This document shows positions 8,339-18,100 of a stretch of 32,280 nt of DNA, in pieces (within the stretch, counting starts at the first letter, position 1; each line of letters starts with the position of its first letter). The position numbers and the translations under genes are program-made. Source of the stretch: an uncultured Bacteroidales bacterium (GTDB lineage Bacteria > Planctomycetota > Planctomycetia > Gemmatales > HRBIN36); assembly GCA_964410845.1 (NCBI GenBank), contig CAYPJB010000004.1:1-32280 (forward strand). The letters run 5' to 3'. The notes below the pieces were generated by a model, which saw only the letters and a program-made list of their open reading frames with translations, was not told the origin of the DNA and made no database searches.

Positions 8339-9382
8339 ATGTATTCGGAACTCCTGGAATGGGGCATCCCCGTACTGATCTTCATCGTGGTGGCGAGCGG
8401 CTTTTACTCACTGATCGCCCGGCAGATGGAAGATCGGCGACGGGATCGCCTGCTGAAGCAAACCGCCATTGACGATGGCCTGTCAAAATCCGATCTGTTG
8501 CTGGGCGATTACACACCCGCACTGGCTGCTCAGTTGCCAGTGGCATCGTTCGATCAGAGTGACATTGCCAGGGAACTGAAGACAGCAGGTTACTATGGCA
8601 GCACCGCTATTCTTGAATATGCTGCGGTACGTACCGTCCTCGTGTTGGCGCCATTGATTGCCACCGGCCTGATCGCCCTGATGGTAGAAAAAGAGCAGAT
8701 GAACCGTGTGCTCGTCATAGGGTTCATCGCGACGGGGTTAGGTTACAGTTTGCCTCGCATCTACCTGCATCTCAAAGGGAAGGAACGCATACGTCAACTG
8801 GAGAATGCCTTGCCGGTTACGGTTGACATGCTCACGCTTTGTATCAGCGGTGGTCAGACGCTGCAGGCTTCGATGAAACGTGTGGCGAAGGAGATTGCTC
8901 CAGCCCATCCGTTGATGGCGAGTGAACTGACCATTACCCAGCAACATTCCGAACTGAGCAATCTGCCACATGCACTGAAACAACTGGCAGATCGTGTTCC
9001 TGTCGGCGAGATGCGGAACCTGGCCCTCATCCTTGCACAGGCAGAACGATTAGGCAGCGAGACGGGTACCGCGCTGCTCGAGTATTCCACCAATTTGCGA
9101 ACGGGACTGAAGCAGCGAGCCGACGGTCGAGCCAACCAGGCGATGTTCTGGATGCTGTTTCCCACTATTCTTTGCCTGTGGATACCAGCTGCCATCTTGC
9201 TGGTGGGGCCAGCTATCCTCGAATTTCGCACTCAACGGCAGAGCATTACCAAGGAATGGAAAGAAGCACGGCAGAAGCTTAAGGAATCCAAGCAGCAGGT
9301 GAATCCTGCGTCAAAGGAAGCTCCTGCCGAATCATCAGGCGAGCTAGTGCAAGCCGGTGCCAATGTACCAGCGCGTGAGTAA
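8339..9382 (+). CDS. tadC: TadC-like type II secretion system F-family inner-membrane protein
   Basis: The ATG at 8339 lies 13 nt after the tadB stop and has a GGGGA RBS. A GspF-like domain is present (LENALPVTVDMLTLCISGGQTLQASMKRVAKE...), followed by C-terminal TM helices. Confidence 0.8.
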   Translation: MYSELLEWGIPVLIFIVVASGFYSLIARQMEDRRRDRLLKQTAIDDGLSKSDLLLGDYTPALAAQLPVASFDQSDIARELKTAGYYGSTAILEYAAVRTVLVLAPLIATGLIALMVEKEQMNRVLVIGFIATGLGYSLPRIYLHLKGKERIRQLENALPVTVDMLTLCISGGQTLQASMKRVAKEIAPAHPLMASELTITQQHSELSNLPHALKQLADRVPVGEMRNLALILAQAERLGSETGTALLEYSTNLRTGLKQRADGRANQAMFWMLFPTILCLWIPAAILLVGPAILEFRTQRQSITKEWKEARQKLKESKQQVNPASKEAPAESSGELVQAGANVPARE

Positions 9383-9387
9383 AGGTT

Positions 9388-9741
9388 ATGGTCAGGCTTG
9401 CCATTGTTGAACTGTGTGTCAATGACTGGCCTGCAGCTGTTGAGTGGTTTCGTACAGTCTTCGATTTGCCGGTACTGATGAATGCAGAAGCAGAACAGTA
9501 TGCCTTGCTCAATGCAGGCGATGTCAAGCTAGCGATCAAACATGATTCCACAGCCCAAACTGGTGATCAGGTATTACTGCAGTGGGAAGTGCCTGATCTG
9601 GAGAGTTGGTTGAAGCAGAGAAGTGTTAACATTCTCAAACCATTGAAGGTCAGCCATGAGGGCTATCGGCGAGTTATCATCGAGGGGCCAGAACAACGGC
9701 CCCTGCTGGTTTATGAAATGAAGCAATCTGCGGAGAAATAG
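9388..9741 (+). CDS. VOC (glyoxalase/bleomycin-resistance/dioxygenase) family protein
   Basis: 117 aa. MVRLAIVELCVNDWPAAVEWFRTVFDLPVL...LAIKHD is a typical single VOC module. It starts 5 nt after the tadC stop. Confidence 0.65.
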   Translation: MVRLAIVELCVNDWPAAVEWFRTVFDLPVLMNAEAEQYALLNAGDVKLAIKHDSTAQTGDQVLLQWEVPDLESWLKQRSVNILKPLKVSHEGYRRVIIEGPEQRPLLVYEMKQSAEK

Positions 9742-9750
9742 TAATCCACC

Positions 9751-10242
9751 TCAAATGACGACAGGCTTCCCCAGTGATCGTCGCACGGGAACGAACTGGC
9801 CTGCATGCATCATCTGGTGTGTCGCCATCAGGATCCAGATCTGACCGGCTGTCGGGAACATTTTCTGCCATTGTTCGGGTGAAGGCTTGTCGAAGTCGGC
9901 ATCGCTGCACTTGTTCAGTGCCGTGGTGAAAGCCTGGTGCACCTGCTTGATCAGATCGAGGTACTCCTGCTTGGTGCAGAAGTCACTCGGATTATCGTTG
10001 CCTTGCTTGGATTTGTCGTGTTTCTCGGCGAAGCCAGCGGGGAGTTGTGGAGCTGCGCCAGGAACGAGGGAGTTCAACAAGCCGCATTCTGAGTGAATCA
10101 GATGCCCCAGTTGCCAGGCTATGTGATTACAGCCTTTACCTGGGCGGAGCATCAGCTCAGCATCTGTCAGATCATTGATGTACTGAGTCAGCACCATCTG
10201 ACTGATGTTCTTGGTGCTGAGGATGGCTTGCCTCGTATCCAT
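9751..10242 (-). CDS. DinB-family (four-helix-bundle metalloprotein) protein
   Basis: 163 aa. ...LTDAELMLRPGKGCNHIAWQLGHLIHSE...MATHQMMHAGQFVPVRRSLGKP shows a DinB_2-like His triad pattern. Confidence 0.75.
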   Translation of the reverse strand: MDTRQAILSTKNISQMVLTQYINDLTDAELMLRPGKGCNHIAWQLGHLIHSECGLLNSLVPGAAPQLPAGFAEKHDKSKQGNDNPSDFCTKQEYLDLIKQVHQAFTTALNKCSDADFDKPSPEQWQKMFPTAGQIWILMATHQMMHAGQFVPVRRSLGKPVVI

Positions 10243-10325
10243 GTCGGTTCCCTTTCAATGAGGAGAATTCTTCACTGAACATGATAGGAACGCATCACAG
10301 TATCATCAGCGTACTTATCGAATGA

Positions 10326-10637
10326 TCATGCCTTCGACTTGCAATCAGGCCCTTCCAGTGGAGCCTTCTTTTGAGTGATGTTATTCTGTTTATCAGCTTT
10401 CAGCTGAGCTGTACGCTCGGTGTTGAGCTGGATGAAGCTCGTCCACTGTCCAGGAACATTGGCTTCTGCGTAGATGGCTTCCACCGGGCATTCTGGAACA
10501 CAGGCTTCGCAATCGATGCAGTCGATCGGATCGATGTACAGCATCTTCTCATCTTGCCAGAAGCATTCCACTGGACAGACAACAACACAATCGGTGTACT
10601 TGCAATCGTGGCAACTGGCGGTAACAACGTGAGACAT
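10326..10637 (-). CDS. fdxA: 7Fe (3Fe-4S + 4Fe-4S) ferredoxin, FdxA type
   Basis: MSHVVTASCHDCKYTDCVVVCPVECFWQDEKMLYIDPIDCIDCEACVPECPVEAIYAE aligns closely with Azotobacter-type ferredoxin I. The ATG at 10637 has a GAGGA RBS, and the upstream in-frame extension to 10670 is unlikely. Confidence 0.9.
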   Translation of the reverse strand: MSHVVTASCHDCKYTDCVVVCPVECFWQDEKMLYIDPIDCIDCEACVPECPVEAIYAEANVPGQWTSFIQLNTERTAQLKADKQNNITQKKAPLEGPDCKSKA

Positions 10638-10839
10638 GGTATCCTCGTTCTGAAATGGACAATTTCTCATCGTCCTTTTCAGTATCTTTCTTATGACCTA
10701 AGGAAATCTCTAGCGACGCTGGCTGGTATTGTCTACTTCAGTTCCAACAGGTCGACATATTTCTTTCCTGTTCGTCAGCAAACAGTGCTAGGATGTGCAC
10801 ATTCCCAACCGATGCAGCCCGTAAGGAATTCGCCTGTTT

Positions 10840-12474
10840 ATGCGTAAACTTATCCTGCAACTCGAGCAAAGTCGGCTGCTAATCACCTGTCTCCTGGTCG
10901 CGTTCTTCACATTACTCTTTCTTTACATCGACCATTCACCTGTATGGCATACTGATATCTGGGCGCACTTAAAGCTCGGTTCGTGGATGGTGGAACATGG
11001 CAGGTTGCCTGAAGCTGAGCCATTCTCGCCCTTTACGGAAGACAAGCGATTGATTCCCACTGCCTGGCTCAGCCAGGTGCTGATGTGGAAGGTCTACGAG
11101 GCCGGAGCCTGGATGCCTTTTCGCTGGGCATGGGATGACATTACCCAGCCCTGTGGCGTTATCGCACTGCGCACCATGCATGCGTTGTTGTTGCTTGCCC
11201 GGTTCCTCTTTCTCTTCTGGGCTTTTCAGCGATGGGGCGGGTCACGTCTTACAGCTTTTCTGGGGATGCTGGTTTGCGCGGTTCTGAGCTGGAACCATTT
11301 GACTGTGTTGCGTCCGCAAGTATGGGGAGAACTCTGCCTGGCAATCATGCTCTTTCTTGTCAGTCGCAAGCCCCCCACAAGACTGGCGACCTGGTGTACA
11401 CCTGTCGTTATGGGGTTATGGTGTAACTTTCATGGCTCGTACATGAATGGTTTGCTGATCCTTCTGGGCATACTGGTAGCACGTATTCTTGTCGCTGTCA
11501 GGAAATCACAGCAGGGGGAAACCGAGGCTCTGCACTCGGCATTGGTGCGACGAACCTTCCGCATGTTTTACATCAGCATCCTGGTGGTGGGGTTCTGTAA
11601 CCCTTACGGGAGCTTCCGCTGGTATGCAGATACACTCGGTTTCGCTCAGAATGCCAATGTTCGCATGATGGATGAATGGCAGCGACTCGATTGGAGCAGC
11701 CTCACTGGCAGACTCTTCCTGGGATCATTATGCCTGGTGGTGCTGACACAGCTCGTTGCCAAAACAAAGCACGTTGCAGGAATCAGCCTGGGGCAGGGGA
11801 TTCTCCTGCTCTGCTTTGGCATTCAAACCGTCTTCTTCCAACGCATGATGCCCTGGTGGGCGATTATCTGTCCGTTTGTGTGTGTAGGCCCCTGGGCTCG
11901 CATCTTCGCGCTAGTTGACATACCACCGCTGCGACAATCCATCTTTCGCATCATCACCGAGATGGCTGTGGTGATGGCTGGTTTCTGGTGTGCATTTGCC
12001 TTCTCCAACGTGGGGAGCATGCTGATACACGAAGAAGCACCTGTTCTCAGCAAGATGCTGCACCCGGGAACGCCCCGCCTCCTTGATGTGATGGGAAAAC
12101 GAAAACTTGCCAACCAAATGGATCCTGCCATTCATGAAGCGCTGAACCGTCCGGGGGCTGTGATCTTCGCTAGTGAGACCTTGGGGGATTATCTGTATTT
12201 TACGGGTCGTCACCCTGTGGTCGTCTTTACACATGTACAACTTTTTTCTGAAAAGCATTGGGAGCGGTGCATGGTGGTAAAAGAAGGTATTGAAAACTGG
12301 GAGAAGTACCTGCAGGAATGGAATGTACAGGTCATCTGTGTCGAGCCGGAACTCCATCCGGAACTGGTGACACAGGTGAAGCAATCGCCTAACTGGATCG
12401 TCAAGCTGGACGAAACCACGTCAGGCAGTAAACCAAATCCGAAGTCGCGTCACTTTATCGCCATCAGGAAATAG
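10840..12474 (+). CDS. Polytopic membrane protein, possibly a GT-C-fold glycosyltransferase/polymerase
   Basis: 544 aa with more than 10 predicted TM segments. An early loop motif (DIWAHLKLGSWMVEHGRLPEAEPFS) resembles GT-C/ArnT-like enzymes. The C-terminal 150 aa or so are soluble. The functional call is weak. Confidence 0.6.
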   Translation: MRKLILQLEQSRLLITCLLVAFFTLLFLYIDHSPVWHTDIWAHLKLGSWMVEHGRLPEAEPFSPFTEDKRLIPTAWLSQVLMWKVYEAGAWMPFRWAWDDITQPCGVIALRTMHALLLLARFLFLFWAFQRWGGSRLTAFLGMLVCAVLSWNHLTVLRPQVWGELCLAIMLFLVSRKPPTRLATWCTPVVMGLWCNFHGSYMNGLLILLGILVARILVAVRKSQQGETEALHSALVRRTFRMFYISILVVGFCNPYGSFRWYADTLGFAQNANVRMMDEWQRLDWSSLTGRLFLGSLCLVVLTQLVAKTKHVAGISLGQGILLLCFGIQTVFFQRMMPWWAIICPFVCVGPWARIFALVDIPPLRQSIFRIITEMAVVMAGFWCAFAFSNVGSMLIHEEAPVLSKMLHPGTPRLLDVMGKRKLANQMDPAIHEALNRPGAVIFASETLGDYLYFTGRHPVVVFTHVQLFSEKHWERCMVVKEGIENWEKYLQEWNVQVICVEPELHPELVTQVKQSPNWIVKLDETTSGSKPNPKSRHFIAIRK

Positions 12475-12478
12475 CGTA

Positions 12479-13708
12479 ATGTCCTTGCCCTGGTTTCAGT
12501 CGTTGTTTGCAGAACGTATTGGTGGAGCGAACTACGGGCAGGGCACTGCCATTTACAAATTCGAGAAAATCAAGCGTGCAAAACGTGAAGCTCTGACACA
12601 GTTCCCCCATCGCACCCTGCTCGATTTCGGCATAGGTGAAAACGATGATATGGCTGATGCCAGTGTTCGTGACGTGCTCTGTGCTGAAGCCAACAAAGTG
12701 GAGAATCGTGGTTACGCTGACAATGGCATTGCTGCCTACAAAGAAGCTGCAGCTCGGTTCATGCAGCGTGAGTTTGGCGTCAAGCTGGATCCTGTGACTG
12801 AGATCAATCACTGTATCGGCACCAAGCCCGCATACGCCATGCTGCCTGCTGTCTTCATCAACCCCGGTGACATCACACTGATGACTGTGCCTGGCTATCC
12901 TGTCGCTGGTACGCATACCAGATACTATGGCGGCGAAGTCTATCCGTTGCCTCTGCGGAAAGAGAACAACTTCTTTCCTGATCTCAAGGCAATACCAGCG
13001 GATATTGCCAAGCGAGCCAAATTGCTCGTCATCAACTATCCCAATAGTCCGACCGGTCAGGTTGCCACGAAGGCTTTCTACCAGGAAGTCATCGATTTCG
13101 CACATCGCAATCAGGTAGTGGTCGTGCAGGATGCTGCGCACATTCTGCTCAGCTATCAGAATAAGCCCTTCAGCTTCCTGGAAATGGATGGCGCCAGGGA
13201 AGTCGGCGTTGAAGTGCATTCCATGTCGAAGGGTTTCAACATGATCGGCTGGCGAATGGGTTTTGTGGCTGGCCACGAACGCATCGTCCGGGCCTTTGCT
13301 GATGTGAAAGATAACAGCGATTCCGGCCAGTTCATGGCTGTTCAAAAGGCTGCTGCTTTTGCCCTGGATCAGCCACAGATCCCTGTAGCAGTGCGAAGCA
13401 AGTATCAGCGACGACTGGAAAAACTGGTTGCTGTTTTGAAAAGTGTCGGGTTTGATGCCAGCATGCCTGGCGGCACCTACTTCCTCTATGTGAAGGCTCC
13501 CAAGGGGTGCAATCATCGAGCTTTCGTCGATGCGGAAGATGTCTCGCAGTTCCTGATCACCAATCTGTCTATCTGCTGTGTGCCTTGGGATGATGCAGGT
13601 CCGTTTCTTCGCTTCTCAGTTACATACAGTGCTGCTGATGAAGCTGCAGAGGATCAGCTCATGAAGACAACTCACGAACGACTGAGCAGTCTGGAACTCG
13701 AGTTTTGA
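12479..13708 (+). CDS. Class I/II PLP-dependent aminotransferase, LL-diaminopimelate aminotransferase (DapL)-like
   Basis: 409 aa. The PLP lysine motif is SMSKGFNMIGWRMGF. YPNSPTG is present, and ENNFFPDL matches the DapL 'ENGFFPDL' region. It starts 4 nt after the upstream membrane-protein gene. Confidence 0.8.
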   Translation: MSLPWFQSLFAERIGGANYGQGTAIYKFEKIKRAKREALTQFPHRTLLDFGIGENDDMADASVRDVLCAEANKVENRGYADNGIAAYKEAAARFMQREFGVKLDPVTEINHCIGTKPAYAMLPAVFINPGDITLMTVPGYPVAGTHTRYYGGEVYPLPLRKENNFFPDLKAIPADIAKRAKLLVINYPNSPTGQVATKAFYQEVIDFAHRNQVVVVQDAAHILLSYQNKPFSFLEMDGAREVGVEVHSMSKGFNMIGWRMGFVAGHERIVRAFADVKDNSDSGQFMAVQKAAAFALDQPQIPVAVRSKYQRRLEKLVAVLKSVGFDASMPGGTYFLYVKAPKGCNHRAFVDAEDVSQFLITNLSICCVPWDDAGPFLRFSVTYSAADEAAEDQLMKTTHERLSSLELEF

Positions 13709-13821
13709 GATAGTTGTTCGCTTTCGAGCCATTTACATGTTATGGTAGATTGCTCAAAGGAAAGCGTTTGTGCCGACTCGTAATCTCAGGCATGATGCTG
13801 AACTAAACAAAGCCGCCCTGC

Positions 13822-15126
13822 ATGCAAGATACGCTGTTTCTCGGTCGTTATCGCATCGTTCGCCTCCTCGGCGAAGGAGGTATGGGACGGGTATGGCTTG
13901 CGCGACAGATAGATCTTAATCGCGATGTCGTCGTCAAGGTGATGCACGAACATATCGCAGCAGACCCTCGTTTCCAGGAACGATTCCAGCAGGAAATGCT
14001 GGCTATGGCACAGTTCCAGCATCCCTATGCTGTAACCCTGTACGATGCCCACCTCGAAACCGAGGAAGGCCCCTGCATCATCATGGAGTTCGTCAAAGGA
14101 AAAACACTCGATATTGTTCTGAAGGAGAATCGGCGCTTCACGCCTCAACGTGCCAGCCGGATTCTGGGACAACTCACGGAAGTGCTTTCCACTGCTCATC
14201 ATCAGGGAATTGTCCACCGTGATCTCAAACCTGCAAACTTGATGATCACCGATCCGGATACGCAATTTGAGAAGATCAAAGTCATGGACTTCGGTCTGGC
14301 CAAGCTGGCCCGCCTGGCTAACCTCGAATCTCGTTCATCCATGATGAACAACAGCAATGACAATATTCTGGGTACACCAGCCTACGTTTCACCTGAGCAG
14401 GCACGTGGGGAACATATCACGCATCGCAGTGATATTTACAGTCTTGGTGTCATCATCTACGAAATGCTGACAAGTCGACTGCCATTTCAAGGACTGTCGA
14501 CGATGGATACCCTGCTTGCCCATGCCATTGAGCAGCCGCCCTCGATGAGTGACGATGAGGTATACATTCCAGCAGCTATTGAAGCAGTCGTGTTTCGCAG
14601 CATGGCCAAGCTGCCTGAAGATCGTTATGCCAATGCTCGCGAATTGCATGATGACTACATGAAAGCACTGGCACAGCCAGATCCGCGCAAGTATCAGGAA
14701 CACATGATGCGGGATGATCCTACCGATCTCCCACCCATTCCTGACAACCTTGACCCGGCAGTAATGATTTACCGCATCCAGGCCTGGATGCCACGTTCCA
14801 TTGCCTCAGTGAAACTGGCAGGATTCATTCAGGATGCTCGAGGCGAACTGATTGAAAATTCATCGGGTCGTGTTCGAGTCATTCTGGGAGGCAAGAACAC
14901 TGCCTATCGTCCAAGCAAGGTGGGGTGGTTCGCTACCGGCCGCCCTGATATTGAGATGGAATTGCAAATCTTTGAAAGCAACAATCCTCTTCGTCGCAAT
15001 CAAGTGTGGGTTACCGTCATCCTTCGCTACCTGGGCAAGAGCCTGACTGAAGACTTTCACGCCCGTGGCGACCGCATTTTCCGCGATCTGCGTGGCTACC
15101 TGATTGGCTCAACACCGGGTATTTAA
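13822..15126 (+). CDS. Ser/Thr protein kinase with an uncharacterised C-terminal domain
   Basis: Hanks motifs are present: LGEGGMGRVWLA, VVVKVM (VAIK-type Lys), HRDLKPANLM, DFGLA and GTPAYVSPEQ. The C-terminal 135 aa or so match no family I recognise, and there is no TM segment. Confidence 0.9.
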   Translation: MQDTLFLGRYRIVRLLGEGGMGRVWLARQIDLNRDVVVKVMHEHIAADPRFQERFQQEMLAMAQFQHPYAVTLYDAHLETEEGPCIIMEFVKGKTLDIVLKENRRFTPQRASRILGQLTEVLSTAHHQGIVHRDLKPANLMITDPDTQFEKIKVMDFGLAKLARLANLESRSSMMNNSNDNILGTPAYVSPEQARGEHITHRSDIYSLGVIIYEMLTSRLPFQGLSTMDTLLAHAIEQPPSMSDDEVYIPAAIEAVVFRSMAKLPEDRYANARELHDDYMKALAQPDPRKYQEHMMRDDPTDLPPIPDNLDPAVMIYRIQAWMPRSIASVKLAGFIQDARGELIENSSGRVRVILGGKNTAYRPSKVGWFATGRPDIEMELQIFESNNPLRRNQVWVTVILRYLGKSLTEDFHARGDRIFRDLRGYLIGSTPGI

Positions 15127-15158
15127 CCGCTCGATGTCACTTCTCCAGAACTTCTTCG

Positions 15159-18100
15159 ATGCCAACCTCGACTATCGATAACGGTATACCGGATGATGTC
15201 CAGCGTCAGAGCCGGGTCCAGGATACGCTGGTACATCCCAATCCCGTTCTCTTCAACGCCCAGGAGCATCGACCGGCCATCCCTAACTATGAAGTACTGG
15301 ATGAGTTGGGGCGAGGCGGCATGGGGGTCGTTTATCGTGCGCGTGATATACGACTCAAACGTCATGTTGCCATCAAAATGCTGCTTGATCCTGAATTTGC
15401 CAGTCCGGAACAGCGGCTGCGGTTTAAGATCGAAGCAGAAGCTGTAGCCCAACTGCGTCATCCGAATATCGTCCAGGTCTATGAACTGGGGGAGTTGACT
15501 GGCAGCAGCATTGCCCATCCTTACATGGTGCTGGAATATGTCGATGGACCGACGCTCTTTCGCTACATGCGACAGCGAACGTTCACCGAGCGTGAGATTG
15601 CGGCACTGATGATCACGTTAGCCCGTGCCATTCAGCATGCCCATGATCATGGACTCATCCATCGTGATCTGAAGCCAGCCAACATCCTTCTCCACCAGGA
15701 CCCGTTGCCAGAGAGTGGCAGCCTGGAGATGAACCGTGTGCTTGACTTTACGCCGAAGATCACTGATTTCGGTCTGGTGAAGGCTCTCGTTTTTGACGGT
15801 GAAGTCAGGCGAGATCTGACGAGGCCTGAGCTGATGGTCGGTACCCCCCAGTACATGGCTCCGGAACAGGCGAACCCCGCACCGCATGCTCTCAGTTGCT
15901 CTGTCGATATCTATTCGCTGGGTGTGATCTTCTACGAATTACTTACGGGGCGATTACCTTTTGATGATCGTGACATCCTCCGAATGCTGATGGAAGTGCA
16001 GACACAGGAAGCTCCATCGCCTCGCAAAATCAAGCCTGCGGTTTCCGTCGATCTCGCTACGATTTGCCTGAAGTGCCTGAACAAGGTTCCGGAACAACGC
16101 TATTCTTCCGCTGCAGCGCTGGCTGACGATCTAACTCGTTTCCTGAATCATGAACCCATCCACGCCCGCCCTCTCAGCGAATGGCAAAAGACTGTCAAGT
16201 GGGTCAGACGTCATCCATTAGTTGCCAGTCTGGTAACGCTACTATTCTGTGTGATCACTATTGGTTTGATTGTTATCGGAATCCTCTGGCGGCGAGCTGA
16301 GAGTGATCGACAGATTGCTCAAACGGAATCACAGGAAGCTTCGTGGGCTCGGGACGAGGCCAGGAATGCTGCCCAGAATGCCAGAGAAGCAGAGCTAGTG
16401 GCCAAGGCTGCAGAGGCTGAAGCCAAACGGCAGGAGCAGGCTGCTCAGCGGTCACTTTACTTCAGCAAGGTGGCTCAGGCTGATCTGCTCCTGCAGCAGG
16501 GGTTGCTTGACCGTCCGCTGAGCATTTTGAATTCGACCAATCGCTTGATCAGGGATGAGGATCCAAGAAGCTGGGAATGGTACTACCTGCGCCAGCAGTG
16601 CAATACGATGGAGTCAGTCAATATCCAATCGAATGATTATGTACAGCAGGTTCGCTTTCACCCGAAAAAAGACATTCTGCTCAGTATTGAAGGGGCTGAG
16701 TACTTTGCGGACTATAAGCCCAATGATTTCCCTGCCCGGTTGCTTTTCCACAAAACTGATGGCGACAAGGTTCGTCAAGCGTTCAAAACAGCATTCGTCT
16801 CGCCGTTGCCGCTCCGCCAATTATATCTGCTGAAGGATGGCGAATACGCCATTGTCGGGGATAGCCAGCATCAATTGACATTGATTAATGTGAGTGAGGC
16901 TATCAAGGGAAAATCTCCAGTATGGAAGTTGCCACATTTCCAACTTCATGCCGTTGCAAATGATGCAGGCTTGGTGCTGCTCTGGAAAGAGAATGGTGAG
17001 GTGCTGGAACTGTACGATGTTGAAAAGAAGCAGGTGATCGATTCGCTGAAACTTCCAACTGCTATTCACATGGCTTGCATCAGTAGCGACGGTCAGCGAA
17101 TCGGCTATGCTTTGAAAAACAATCAACTCAATTGCTGGGACAGGAAGCAGCAGAAAGTCATCTGGACGAAGAGTCTGACCGTACCAGCCAGACAGTTAGC
17201 GATGAATGGCAACGGCACCGAGTTCATTTGTCTGGATATCAGCGACACAGTGCGTTGGGAACATGTCGACCAGGGCCGAACGCTGTACCAGGGACAATAT
17301 CGTTATTACGACTTTATTCGCCTCTCTGCTGATGCAATAGCATTAGCTATCATCGCTCACGGGGAACAAGGGGACGATGTGCATGTGTATCGGAAAGGAG
17401 TAGATGGACAGGTCAGGCCGATACCGTACGTGCTGCACGAACATCGGGGAACTGTCCGAAATGTTGAATTCAGCCAGGATAGCAATCAACTGCTCAGTTT
17501 TGGTTCCGATGCAATTGTCCGACTTTGGGATATCAGTGATGCATCACGTAGCTCAGGGAGTGTTCTGCATCGTTACAACGGCCATCTGGCACAGGTACAG
17601 ACTGCAGCTTTCAGTCCGCACAGCAGCATGATCGCGAGTGGCGGAATCGATGCCAACATCATGTACTGGCGTACGGATGTTTCCATCTCTCGAGATCGCC
17701 GCTTCATGGCGGAACTCGAATGCGGTGGGGAATGGATCAGCGATTACCGGTTCGTCCGGGACACTCCCTGGCTGGCGGTCTATCAGCATCAGCAGGGAAA
17801 ATTGGTACTCCTTGACATGAATACTCGGCAGGTTGTCAAGAAGTTCATGCTTCCTGAAGCCTCCAACGAATTCCGTGCACCTCGGTATGACATTCACTTC
17901 TCACCTGATGGCAAACGACTGGCGATTTTGAATAAACTTCACAACCAGGTACTCGTTTACAATACCCTTCAAGGGACACTACTATGGAAAACACCGAGCT
18001 CCAGCCTTCGGTATTTCTGGCTGGCCTTCAGTGGTGATGGCAAACGGTTGTTGTCCGCTGGCCACTTTCCGAACCCGACTACACCCGGCAAGCCCATCCC

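Noticed and set aside
12464-13516. 350-aa ORF on the - strand
   Set aside because: It is antisense to the aminotransferase gene (PLP-Lys motif and NSPTG on the + strand), has no family signature and has an odd composition. It is a shadow ORF.
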